Position numbers and translations under genes: made by a program. DNA of 64,000 nt from Geosiphon pyriformis uo1 (lineage: Eukaryota > Fungi > Glomeromycota). Shown here one piece after another: positions 26,502 to 38,962 of the stretch. The notes beneath the pieces were generated by a model that was given only the letters and a program-made list of their open reading frames with translations, was not told the origin of the DNA and ran no database searches. Within the stretch, counting starts at the first letter, position 1. The number at the start of each line of letters is the position of its first letter. Location of the stretch: positions 874,757 through 938,756 of the forward strand of contig JAAOMT010000134.1 of assembly GCA_016748015.1 (NCBI GenBank). Reading direction: 5' to 3'.

Positions 26502-27240
26502 TTAGGCTTGGCTATTATCTCCGATAAAAGGCTGATGTGACACTGGGTTATTGAGAAAAATAAAATGCAATTAACAAGAGACATTGAAAATTCTCAACTC
26601 ATGCTTTTACCTTGGAAGAATGCAGTTGAGGGTTGATTCTGAGATGTTTGCTGAAATATGGGCGTTACTGATTGTGCTTCCTCCTCCTTATCTTTTGAAT
26701 TTGAGGAAGAGCGCTCATATTTTGTGGTCTTAATTCAGACATATTAATAGACAGTTAGGATATATTGTGTGAAGAGAGTAGGGATTCTAGGACCAAAGTA
26801 ATCACACAAAAATTCAAACAAACCTCTCGATACTTGTGCAAATAGATTTTCAGAGCTTCAGCATAGTTTTCAAATCCAAGCGATGCCATTGCCCACAGAA
26901 TGTCTTCACCATTGATGGTTTTACGCTTTTCTTGTTGGCAACGATCGCTTGCTGTGCAAGATCCGCAAAAGAACACAATTAAGGAATAATATCAATGAGC
27001 TTTTTTGAAGGTTGTCCATTAAATCAAGAGCGTGGGTCGACAAAAAGGATATTCGCTAGTAATAAAAGATATAAACTCTGAAACGCACTCTTGAACACAT
27101 TCTTTTGCTTCTTTTGCAATCTTCGCGTTCTCCGGTAGCGCTTTTTTCATAATTCGGGCGACGTTAGCTATTGGAAGGAAGCGATCTTGTTCCTTGAAAT
27201 CATCTGCTTCATCACCAGATGGATGAGCACCTTCTGACAT
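26502..27240 (-). CDS. HAP3: CCAAT-binding factor subunit NF-YB (Hap3/HapC); first intron is AT-AC U12 type
   Basis: [16 protein letters not shown]...[13 protein letters not shown]|[22 protein letters not shown]...YLHKYRE. 3' end uncertain: stop at 26594 if the last intron is unspliced, 26502 if spliced. Confidence 0.93.
26954..27052 (-). other. U12-type (minor spliceosome) AT-AC intron, 99 nt
   Basis: 5' site ATATCCTTT, branch site TTCCTTAAT, 3' end TGCAC; removal restores the conserved ITSE-ASDRC. Confidence 0.92.
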
Positions 27241-27649
27241 GTTGAATCAATCAAATGGATGGAGAACAAGAATGATGGAGTGTTAAGAGGTAACTTTAAG
27301 CGTGCGGGATCAAAAACTAAGAACGTGCAAGGAAGCTATAGTATAGACAAACTACGAAAATCCAATTAAAAGTGATTAAGATGTGTGTCAAGCCTAAAAG
27401 TCTTAAAAGTAATCGCAAAAGATTTGGTAAAGGGTTGCTGAGAGCACTTAGTTTTGACTAGATGATGCATTTCAAGTCGAAATATCTGATGTTGCACTAT
27501 TTGTGGTGGCTGGTAATGCTTCATTCGGCAGCTGGGTTGACAAATCAAAAATTCAAAAATAGCAGCTAACCATTTTATCAATTTCTAATACCGTTCTTTA
27601 TTTTGCGCGGCACAGACCTTTTACAATTCCTACATCTTGGACTCAGAAA

Positions 27650-29947
27650 ATGAGTCACCGCCCAACTTCAAGCTCCAGCAATGACGGTAGACAGGGAACA
27701 ATCTTGGATACGCTCGGGCTGAACAAACTCAATTTAGATACCTTGCACCATGACGTGCGTCGTAACCTGACAAGGGTTGATCCACGTTTGTCCGACGACT
27801 TGAAGAATATTACGCTGCTTTTGAAAGAGGAAAAAAACGTATTAAGCAGTCTGCAGAATGTAGCTAACGAAAGAAGGGCAGGTAATTTGGTAAACGCTTT
27901 AAAGTCTGTGGTTTAAACTTGGGAAAATAAAGTTTGAATTCGAAGAATTCTGCTCTTCATTTCGCAGTACTTCTCTAATTTATTTTTATGTTCAGTTAGC
28001 AAACATGTGTTCATTTGGGGCAAAGAGGATAATGGAGATGATATTGCTGTATGTAATGAATTTGTTGTTTTTTGCAGAATTCTAATTATATTTGATCGTT
28101 ATTAAGAAACTACCTTGTAGGATATAACTGAAAAATTCGCAAATTTGTTGTCCAAAATTGCTGATGCCGAAACAGTATTGTGTGGTGAGGAATTATGGTT
28201 TCTACGTACGCATCATTAAGAGTTTTATGGTTTCTTATTCTCAAAATCCTTGTTTTTCGCCAATAGAAAAATATGATCACTATCGTAATACACTAAAAGA
28301 AATTCGTGATGCGGATCAACGGCTTCATGTACCCAAGGAACGTCGAAAAAAAGTTAACGATGAGATAGCTAGAATCATGAAGTCGCATCCTACATCGCCT
28401 CGAATTCAAGAATTGCAGAACGATCTTCAACGTATAAATACAGATTCTACTGCGGACGAATTTGAAGTTGGCAATATTAAGAGACAAAAATTAAGGGATG
28501 CGCTCGGTTTACAGTTAAATGCTATTTTTGAAGCGGCTGAAAAAATTGCTATCATAAGCGGCTTTGGCTGGTATCTTCTCGAACAAATTGACGTCACCCC
28601 CGCCCGTATTGGAGAGCCGAGGGCTAAATACGAAGGTAAGATAGTGAGATATCTAGATACACTTTGTATTCTCCGACTTACGATCTTTAATTTATAGGAC
28701 ACAAAGTTACACAAGAAGTCGTTAAAGAATGCCAAATAGCTTTACACCGTTGGCAGCCACCTGCTGATATCAAGGTCATATTACCGGCTTTGACAAATAC
28801 CGAACCAGGTCAATTGGCCACTCAAAAACTAGAATATGAGGCAAAAATCCACCAATTGCAAGCTTCACTAAAATCACAAAGAGAAACCTCTGATACGCAA
28901 ATTGCCGAGATTTATGAAAACTTGGCTGAACAGAAAAAGACTTATGAGGAACAAATTCTTGAACTAAATACCACCGTGGTCGCTCAAAGGGAGGGTTATG
29001 AAGCTCAGATAATTGATCTGTCAGATGCTCTTTCAGCTCAGAAACATGGTTACGAGGTTCAATTGAATGATCTGGCATCAGCTTTAGCTGCTCATAAAGA
29101 AAGATCAAGATCTGAGATTGAAGAGCTCACGGCTGCTTTATCCACCAGTCAACAACACTCCGAAGTTCAAATAAAAAAACTTTCATCTTCTTTGACTGCA
29201 GAAAATCAAAAATACGAAACACAATTGAAGGATTACAATGCATTGCTCACCCAAAAACGTGACTATGAAATACAGCTTCGAGAGAAAGATACCCTTATAT
29301 CCAAGCTTCAAAATGAAATGAACAGTGTTGCGACGGAAAAAGGAAAGCTATCACAATTAGTAAAGAATTTGGAGGAAACCCTTCAAAGTAAAACATCAAC
29401 TGTTGACCAAAAGGAAGAAAAAATTGTACGATTGGAAGATGACATATCCAGCATTAAGTCTCAGCTAGCAGGGCTTAAGCTCACTCCTTCGGCTGAAGTC
29501 TCTCCTACAACCAGTCGTGCATCTACAGGACCTCTTCCATCCCTCAACCCTGCTGCCGTCGACGTTCCAACTTCATCTGCAGTTGAACAAGAAGGATTAA
29601 ACCGAGCAGCTTCCATCGCTCATCCGCAGATCGGTAGCCCATATCAACAGCCCATTTACGGACAACAATCTCAAGGATACTATAATCACCCACAATTTTA
29701 TCAACCTCAATATTATCAACCTCAACAACCTCCGCCGCAAGGTTTTTACGGTCCAGTAGGGCAACCTGGTCAACCCGAATATAATTATCAGCCTCTGGGA
29801 CAAGTTTCTCAACCGCCCCCGCCACCCCCAAACGAACCTGGTGGCTTTGTTGGTGGATTTTTTCTTGGCCCACCCGATGAGGCTCCTCCTGCTTATGATG
29901 GTCCTCCAAAAGAAGGTTTTCCCGGTGAAAAGAAAGAAAAAAATTAA
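27650..29947 (+). CDS. Eisosome Pil1/Lsp1-family BAR protein with long coiled-coil and Q/P/Y-rich tail
   Basis: EEKNVL, WGKEDNGDDIA|DITEK, YDHYRNTLKEIR, PTSPRIQELQNDL, NIKRQKLRDA, AEKIAIISGFG..LLEQID match the Pil1 family. Confidence 0.85.
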
Positions 29948-30162
29948 CTATTTATTTTCCCAAGATCATAATTATACATTTTATTTTGATCATCTATGTA
30001 TATTTAAATGATATGACTTTTTAAATTATAAATAAATGTTTTATTTCATTCAAAATTCAAATGCTAACCGAATAAAGTAGTAGCGTGCGGAAAAAGAACG
30101 TAAAGTACATTAACCGCGCATATTTTCGAAGCGATTTTCAGAGCAATAACGTTTTGTGCAGA

Positions 30163-32043
30163 ATGAAAGCTATAAAGGGAGGCCTGGATAATCTTGGGAA
30201 CGACTTTCGTCGCAACCTTAATGCAGTTAACCCACATTTGGGAAATCCTCATCTTAACAAGGTGCTTGCAGCTGAAAAAGTGGTTTGCAATTGCTTAAAC
30301 ACCTGGCCGTCTGAGCACAACGAAGCCTCAAAATACTTGGCTGCATGGGGGAAAAGTGAAGGAACGGACTTGAGCGAAATTACAGAGAAACTCTCTAGTT
30401 TGACCATAAAAATGGTTGAGGCTGAGGGAGTTTTTGGTAATAACGGTGGACTTTTGCTTTTAGAAGTTGGCATAAATACCTACGAAAAGCTGTGTTTTAT
30501 GTTGGAATTTATCTTGGCGTTTATCTTGGTGTTTATTACACGTAGCCGATAGGTATGTCCAGTATCGAACTCATCTTAAAGATATACGTACCCGTGAATC
30601 CATGATGAAAGATCAGAGATCAAAGAAAGAAACAATTTGGACCAAAATCGAGAAAGAAGAGCGACGCGCCAGTACCTCAAAAGCCCAAGGGAAAATTAAT
30701 GAATACCATAAGGAAATTGAAAGATTAGAAAAAGAGTCGTTGGCAGGTGTGTTTTTATGTTGATGTATCTCGATATCTATTGAAGTAAATATTCAAAAAA
30801 AAAATGCTTCGCGAACTTCCAGAAGAAACCGCTTTAGCAGACTACAAAAGGGAAAAATTACGCACCGCATTATTGGTACAAATTGATGCGCTTTACGAAT
30901 TTGGATCTAAAATGGCACTCATCTCTGGTTTTAGTAGGAAGATAATAGAGCAGATTCCTATGGGAAAAACTGAACCTGGCGAAGTCAGAAGTTTCGATGG
31001 TTAGTTAAATTTAAATTTTCTTTTATTAAAGGATTTTGTGATATTCATTTTGCTACATAAAAATAGGACAAGAAAAAATTTCGCAAATCGTTGCACATGC
31101 TTCGATTGCTCTTGCTGCTTGGGCGCCTCCAATTGAACACCGGCCTTCCCTACCACCAAGACCTCCCCCTTCGCCAGCTCTCTCCCCAATCGTGAATTCG
31201 AATGCACTCGTCTCCCAGAATATTACCGCCCAAGGGCTTATGAATTCAGAAAAAGCTTCAGATCCTTTTGTCGCAAAGAGCGGTAAGGATCTGAATAAAT
31301 CCGATCACGATAGCAAGAACAGCCTTATAAAAAAACCTTCTCCGTCTGACGGCGATTCTTCAAATGAAGTTGATTATAATGACTTTGAGGCAAATTATAG
31401 AACTAATATCGAAGCAGAACGGATTCTTCAACAGATTGGTACCACCATTTCTGAACTTCCCCCTGACCCATCTCACACGTCAGCTCTGGTAAAAGGCCAT
31501 AAGGGATTTTTCGCAATTCCACAATATATACCTCCTGCTATGTTAATGACATTAACCCCACAAAAAGCTGACATTGAGATAATCTCAGATTCAACATCAA
31601 AACCATTAGATTCACCCGTAGTTATAAAAGAGACTTCCCCGGGTCTCGCAACGTCACAAGAAGTAATTAAAATAATACCCCAAGATGTAAAAGTGGAATC
31701 TACTCAGGCACTTCCATCGGCAACAATTATATCCGAAAACTACACAAATAAACCTACAGATGAAATGTCAGAAGCGCAAAACGTGGCTATCCCAGTCGCA
31801 CCCACACACGACATTATAGACGAAATTCCCACAGATTTACCAACCAAATTGTCTGTGGACAAAAAAGAGCTTGTAAAGTCCGATACCTTGTTGAATGAAA
31901 CAATTGTCCCGACGATCTCATCTGATAAACCAAAAGAGAGCCCGAAGAAATTTTCAGAGGACACCCTTTTACTTCCGGATTCACAAGTAAAAAAAGATAT
32001 TAAACATGTACATTTTAGTGATGTTGAGGATGAAATTCCTTAA
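30163..32043 (+). CDS. Second Pil1/Lsp1-like paralog with a disordered acidic/Pro-rich tail
   Basis: AEKVV, WGKSEGTDLSEITEKL, YRTHLKDIRTRE, KREKLRTAL...YEFGSKMALISGF. Confidence 0.75.
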
Positions 32044-32169
32044 CCATCAATTTATTTGTCAGATAATTTAAGTTTTGCTACTTTTCATAAACATTCGTGA
32101 ATAAATTTATTTTCAAACCTATATAGTCCTAAATGGAAAGCAAAAAATTTTTTGCTTACCGAATGTTTT

Positions 32170-34692
32170 TCACCAGTTACTGAAGTCAGAGAAATCGTAA
32201 CCAGTTGGCTTTGCCTTCTTTTTGGTAGATTCATTTGATGGAATGTCATTAATTTCGACATCAGCATTTCGCTTTTTGGATGCTGAAGGTGATTGAAGAT
32301 ACTTCCCGATCCCCTCTCCTTCTAATTTTGTTTTAGGATCTTGGATTAGAGTCCTTCCAAACCACGTGGTAGTGTCCTAAAGATAAATGAATTTTTAGGT
32401 TTGTAGGGTCTAAGGGTAAATTCGATAGAACTTTACCTTTTCACTTTTAGGTTGTAAAGTAATTGCCTTCACCGGGTCTGCTTTTTCACGAGCGATTTTC
32501 TTCTGGAGCTTTTTTTGATATTGATCAAATGGATCAACAAATACAAGAAGGCTCGTAATCTTGATTTCTTGCAAAGGACGGTCGGTTTCATCTGTTGAAA
32601 CTGATTCCATTTTGTCCAGTACTTCTTTACCTCCGACAATCTTGCCAAAAATGGTGTGCTTATTATCGAGATGGGTGCAAGGCCGAAAAGTAAAGAAACT
32701 GAGGTTTTAAAGATTTTGAGGAAATGCATGAAAATCGAATCGGAATAAGTTAATTAAAAAAAAAAGGTAAATGATCCTCACAATTGAGATGAGTTCTTAT
32801 TTTTTCCCTGATTGGCCATACTAAGTAGACCACGTTCGTTATGTGACAAGTTGCTTTTGAATTCACCAATAAAATCTTTTCCCCAATAAGACTTCCCACC
32901 TTTTCCGGTCCCAGTTGGATCCCCACCTTGAATCTACCAAAATTGATTAAAAACTTAAATTATTGATTTAAAAAATCAAAGAATTTTAAGAGTTACCGAT
33001 TTACTTTACCATAAAATTTTTAATCTTACGGTGAAATATTACGTTTGTATAATAACCCTGTTTTGCTAACATAATAAAGTTGAAGCACGTTCGAGGCGAC
33101 TGAGAACAATATAATTTCTTTAGATTTGATTTTTGTAGAGTGGACAGTAAATCAATCTTGTCTCAAAACTTAACTTTATCACAAAACAGCTCAACATTGA
33201 GATTTCCCATGTTAGTAACTATCCGAGCATAGCCCTTTTCCTTGATTTCTTTGAACATAAATTCTTCTTCATCCAACAATGCATGGTCATTCTCGGTCAC
33301 TGGGGTCATTGCTGTGGAAGTAAGGGATGCAGCAGCTCTACCGGTTGAATAATGTGCAGCATTGTAAGGAACCTTTTTTGGTTTTGCCTTTACAAAGGCG
33401 GTAGACATTTGGCTTCGAGGAGAAGTTTCAAGTGATTTATTTTCCTCCTTATTTACAATTTGTGTCTCTAAAGATTGCTCAGGCTGATAAATATGAAAAT
33501 AACACTTTATTAAAATATGATTACTTAATAAATTCTCCTAATGACGAGCTTTTGAGACATACCTGCCCTGTAATTTGTGCTAAGATTTTTCCGGCCGAGC
33601 CTGTTGCCACAACATTAATATCATACAAAGGATCACTTCTCGCTTTTTCCTCTTCTACAAATCCATAAAAGCTTTTTGTGCTCAGTTGAGAATGATGTAC
33701 TGTAACTCGAATGGGAATTAAAAGTCAAGCAGACTTGCCTTCATCAATTAACTTGATGTTATTTTTCAAATAATAAAAATTCGATAAGTTTCTCGCTTCT
33801 AGATTGTGAGGATCCTTTAAGGATTAATTATAAAAATTCTTCGTTAAATGAATATAAGTGAGATGAGTAGAAGTAATAAATGGAAATATTATTACTTGAA
33901 TTGTAATGATGTCTTTTCGAGTGAATGGTTCATCTGTAATCAAATCTTTCCAACTTTTGGCTTTAATATTTAATCTATCAATCGCTTCCCAAGAATATAC
34001 ATTCCCTGTGGTCTTTATTGCTACGATGTGTGTATGGTCTGAAAACACCTTAAAGGTAGCAGGGCAATGGTATTCGTCTAAAAATCCCTTGTTTATTTCA
34101 GAAAAACATTTAATCAGCAAAAGAAACCTAGATATAAGAAGACAAACTCACCATCAGTGTTTTTGTAAAAATTCAATTTGATTAGTGATCTTAGTTCAAG
34201 CTTTTCGCCTGTCACAGGATTCGTGCCAAATTTTTTGATATAGGCGTATATATTTCTGAAAAATGAGAATGAAGATTTTGAATTCTAAAGAGACTGCAAA
34301 CATAGATAGGAGATATGAATTTAAACATTATCATAGTTACGTCATGTCAAAGATTATACCCTCCGGCGTGCAATAAGGAAACTCGAACGGCTGTAAAGAT
34401 AAAGAGCAACAGTAAAAGGGGAGTTTTTTGAAGGCTTCTGTTTGCTTTCTGGCCTGAACTCCTCCAAATTGCATTCCACCAAACTCACCAGACCATTCTT
34501 AAAAAAAAGTTTATGAAAATGGTAATCAAATAAGAAATGCAAAACTCTTTTTATGACAGTACTTACCTGAGTGTGTTATGTACCTATCTCATCGAGGAAA
34601 AATTCAAAGGTTCTGCTATAACTTTAAAGGTTGAAACGAACAAAGGATAATCGTAATAAAAAGACTTACATTTTGTCAGTTCCCTTCCCCAT
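32170..34692 (-). CDS. U-box cyclophilin Cyp60/PPIL2 ortholog (multi-exon)
   Basis: MGKGTDKM|YITHSEW, N-terminal U-box region, [28 protein letters not shown]|[21 protein letters not shown]-terminus DFSNW*. Confidence 0.9.
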
Positions 34693-34826
34693 CTTATCGT
34701 AGCTTTTGATGTATAAAATCTGCAAGAATTTTAAGGTGCTGAAACTGAAACTGTAAAAATTGTAAAGCCTCTGAGATATATTTATAATTTATCTGCTCTC
34801 AGATGACGTAGTGTGATGTTACAACT

Positions 34827-34869
34827 CAAAACTCCCTCAGTATCAAAACTCCCTCAGTATCAAAATTCC
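34827..34869 (+). repeat. 17-bp tandem repeat (about 2.5 units) in a divergent promoter
   Basis: CAAAACTCCCTCAGTAT twice, then CAAAATTCC. Confidence 0.85.
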
Positions 34870-34950
34870 GTGAAATTGATATTGCCTACTTGTGTAAATC
34901 TTGACCTTCCGATTTCTTTTAATTCTCCTTTCAGGCTTTTCTATTACAAA

Positions 34951-36473
34951 ATGAGCTTGGAAGAGGTCTTGAAAATCAAAAAGTCATTGGGGAAAGCGAT
35001 TCAAGAAGAAAAGATTTCTGTAAGTATAAATGGGATTCAAGCACCTCAGTTCTTGCACTTACAAAAAACCCCACTCATATCTAAAATTAGCTTGACTTAA
35101 TGACATACCAACTATTTTTTTCAGATAGCTATAGAGATATTAAAGAGGCTAAAAGCAGAAGTTACTATTACCAAGGAGCTATTGCAGGTTTACTTCCTTA
35201 TTTATTTGATTTTATTTTGCTCTATCGCTTTATTTAACCTTTAAATTGTTATTTAATCAAGAAAACTGAGATAGGTGTCTATATCAACAAGCAAAAAACC
35301 CATGCAAACACAACTATTGCGAACCTTGCCAAAGAAATTGTAAAGAAATGGAAAAATGATATTAAATTTGATGAACCAAAGAAAAGATCCGAGGGTCACA
35401 CCTCCAATGGAACTTCATTGAAGGCGAAACCTTCTGCTTCTAAAATGATTGTTCCCAAAGCAAACCCTAAAACATCTCTCACAAATAATAATAATCGATC
35501 AAGTTCGCAAAGCTCTAATCAAACTCCGGTAACACCTTCACCCGACACTCCATCTTCAGAGATTGGAGATAGAACAATAGCTGCTGATGGCGTCAAGATG
35601 CCAAATACAGGGGACAAAAAGCGGGACAAAGTCATTGAGATGCTTTATAACGCATTGGCATTTGATTCTTTTGTTGGTAATGATTTTAATTTATGGAAAC
35701 CAACCTACCCTTCGAATGATCAATATTAATTTTGAACGAGAATCTTGCCTGTAATGGATTCGATTTCGGCTTATAAAATTAATTTACCTAGATTCTGAGA
35801 CCATTTTATTGAGAGCAAGCCGAATTGAAGCGCAAATCTTAAAACAGTTTGGTACACCTGAAAAGGAATATCGCGATAAATTACGGGGATTGATAATCAA
35901 CCTTAAAGACCGTTCCAATCCAGATTTGAGACTTAGAGTAGTTAATGGAGAATTGCCTATTCAAACCTTATGCACCATGTCAAAGGAGGTTAGTAAAGGA
36001 GGGGATAGTAAAATCCTATACCCTCACAGATCCACATAATTGTCTTTAGTACTATCTTCCAGTCCCATTACATTTTATTGTTTCGCATTTTTAAAAGGAA
36101 ATGGCCTCGGACGAGAAGAAAGCTCGTGATCGAGAGATCCGAGAAAAAAATCTTTTTAATGCACGCGGGGCAGGGCCGGCACAAGCTGAAACAGATGCCT
36201 TCAAGTGTGGCAAATGTGGACAACGAAAAACCACATATTATCAAATGCAGGTTTGTTCTTTCCCATATTATTATCTAATTATGTTTGGATTAAAAAAGTA
36301 TTCATAGTATTTCATTCTTTGCATAATAGACCCGTAGTGCAGATGAACCTATGACTACCTTTGTTACATGTGTAAATTGCAATAATCGGTGGAAGGTAAA
36401 CCAGCTCTCGAAATTGAAAATTTTTTTCCATCATATTTTTTGAACTTGGTGTTTTATTTTTTTTTAGTTTTAA
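34951..36473 (+). CDS. DST1: Transcription elongation factor TFIIS (multi-exon)
   Basis: Domain I (AKEIVKKWK), NLKDRSNPDLR, Zn ribbon FKCGKCGQRKTTYYQMQ|TRSADEPMTTFVTCVNCNNRWK|F*. Confidence 0.93.
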
Positions 36474-37496
36474 TCGAAGTTTATGATCATTGAGGTGGCA
36501 AAAAAATTAAGAAATTGGTAAAATCGAACCTCGTTTGTGACTTTATAGCTTTGGAAAATAATATCAAAGTTTGGAAACAATTAATTAAAGAAGTATAGTA
36601 GCAGCGACATCGGAATTGTTACCTTTGATGGGTCGCATGTATCCTTTTGTTTGGCAAAGTTATTTACAATTTTATTTCAGCTGTAATAATTTCCTTTTAT
36701 TTCGTCAGAGATTACTTTGTCAAATTCATCTGTCCCCCTTTCAATTTCAGCAAAAGGGAAAATAAATTAATGACTCCGGGCAGAAAACTGAGCTTGAAGC
36801 GATTCAAAAACTTACCCAAAGAACTTTAAATTTCATTTAACCTTGCTTCTATTTGTGGCATATCAATTTTGGGGTTGGGTGTAATGATTTTTAGAGACAA
36901 CTCATTTCGGAATATGCAAATTTTGGTGATAAATTGTTTAAAAAGTATTTTCTCCTAAATTAAACATACTGTGTTTCTAAAATATTCTCCCAAAAAATTG
37001 AGCGAAGCGTTAGAAAACAGGTAGTTACGGAAAATAGTGTTTTTTCTGAACAAAATTTTGGAAGTGACCAAGACAATTTAGTGGTTTAAAGCTTTTAACA
37101 AAGGTAGGAAATGCGGCTGCTATAATGGATCACTGAGAAATTTATTTATATAAAAAATCACACTAAAAAGCCATTTTGGCATTAGTATGAAATTCCAAAG
37201 TCAAAATATTTAATATACAAAACAATATAAAAAGTTAATATATTTTGTAATTAAATTTAGGGCAAATTAATTATTAACATAATAGTCTGATTAAAAGCAA
37301 TCCAATATTTAATGTTTTTAAAAAAATATTAAATATTCATAAATATTAAAAAATATAATATAAAAGCTAAATAAATAAATAATTTTAAATCAACGTAAGT
37401 AAAATTTAACTTAGAATATTTAAAAAAAAAAATTTTTGTGAATAAATTTTTTTATCCCTACGTGAATTATAAAATATTTGTATTATAATTTTTTAT

Positions 37497-38442
37497 GGGA
37501 ATTGCTAAATCGACCTACCCGCAACACGTGATATCATTTACGTCATAGTTTCGTATTCAACTATATATAAGAACATATTAACGAATATTATGGTTGTGGA
37601 CAGGTCCGAATATTATGGCCTTGTTTTTACAAATTTTACATTTACATACTTGAATTTGAGAAGAAACATTTTCAACAATTTCAAATTGGGATAAATTTCG
37701 TTGAATAGATGATTCTTGATGAGCAATATTTTGTTTAGAGCGATTTAAAGTACCTAAAGGACGTTCTCAAGTTCGTTAATTAAAAGGATTCTCAATTGCA
37801 AGAGATGTGGTTAAAATCTGAATTAATTAAGTCTATTTTTCAAAGATGTGCCTGTTCATTATAAATAGTCTTTGAAATTGCATGTTGTTTAAGATCTTCC
37901 TGTCATAATGCTGTTAAAATTGTCTTTGGTGCAATGCCTGGACTTAACATTTGTGAAACTAATACTTTTTGTTTGGATTTAAGTCGTCAAGCAGTAGGAT
38001 GTTCAGCAATATTATCAGATGGTTCATGATTATGTTCAGCATTGCAAACTGTTAAATGCCAGCGTTCATCAGCTTTGAGTAATCGTTCATATACAGTAAA
38101 AGGGCAGTTTGTTAATCGAGTTGCTGTTTTTCGTTGTTGATCTTCTAATACAAGTCTTTTAGAATCATTATATTCATTTCCCCGATCACATTTGAAGGTA
38201 ATTAGCAGCAGAGCGTCGTTTTGTAACTACATATCCTTGGGAGTATCTAAAGGTATTATGACTTTGTATCATCATCTCACAAGAGCTATATGATTACTTG
38301 TAAAATCAAAAGAAAACTTATTAAGTTTATTCTAGAGCTCTTTGATTATAAACTCGTTAATATGTTTCTATATATAGTTGAATACGAAACTATGACCTAA
38401 AATGATATCACATGATGGAGGTGGGTCGATTTAGCAATTCCC
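37497..38442 (-). mobile_element. Non-autonomous Mutator/MULE derivative with ~90-bp TIRs and a transposase N-terminal remnant
   Basis: GGGAATTGCTAAATCGACC...CATATTAACGA at 37497 is the near-perfect inverse of 38354-38442. Internal minus strand reads CDR...TRLTNCPF...WHL...HNH (FAR1/WRKY-like Zn domain) with stops. Confidence 0.88.
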
Positions 38443-38962
38443 TTTTTTTTTTATATTCACAAAAATATAAATTGCATAGACACACATAAATAATAAACTG
38501 GATTCTTGCAAAATTCAGTTTTTATAATATATATATTTTGAAAATATTTGTTTGTTTTATTAAAAACAAGGTTTTTGTATAAAAACCTTTCTATTTTATT
38601 TTTAGTTTTATCAAACTAAACAATATTTAATAATTAAGCAAATAGCGTTTTTGATAAAACATATTCTTTTACCAATTAAAACCAGACGAAATTCTTCGTT
38701 TAGGTTAAACACTGCTGATTTTAAAATAAATATATTACAAGTTTTCCGTTTGCTATTTTTTGGTCGTATCCCTTTTCGAAAAGAAAAGATTAACTGAAAA
38801 TAACAATGTTGCTTTGAAACCCTTATTAAAGCATTAAGCCATTAATAAAGTTTTTCTTTTCGAGCATAAGACCATTTAGACAAACCTAATTTGGCTAGAC
38901 TGCATCACAATTTTTTATAAATAACCAGATTGTTCTTTTAAGATATTCCCATCGTACACTCA

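Noticed and set aside
36639-36709. Possible GT-AG U12 intron downstream of TFIIS
   Set aside because: Donor matches, but the branch site is weak and no flanking exons are supported
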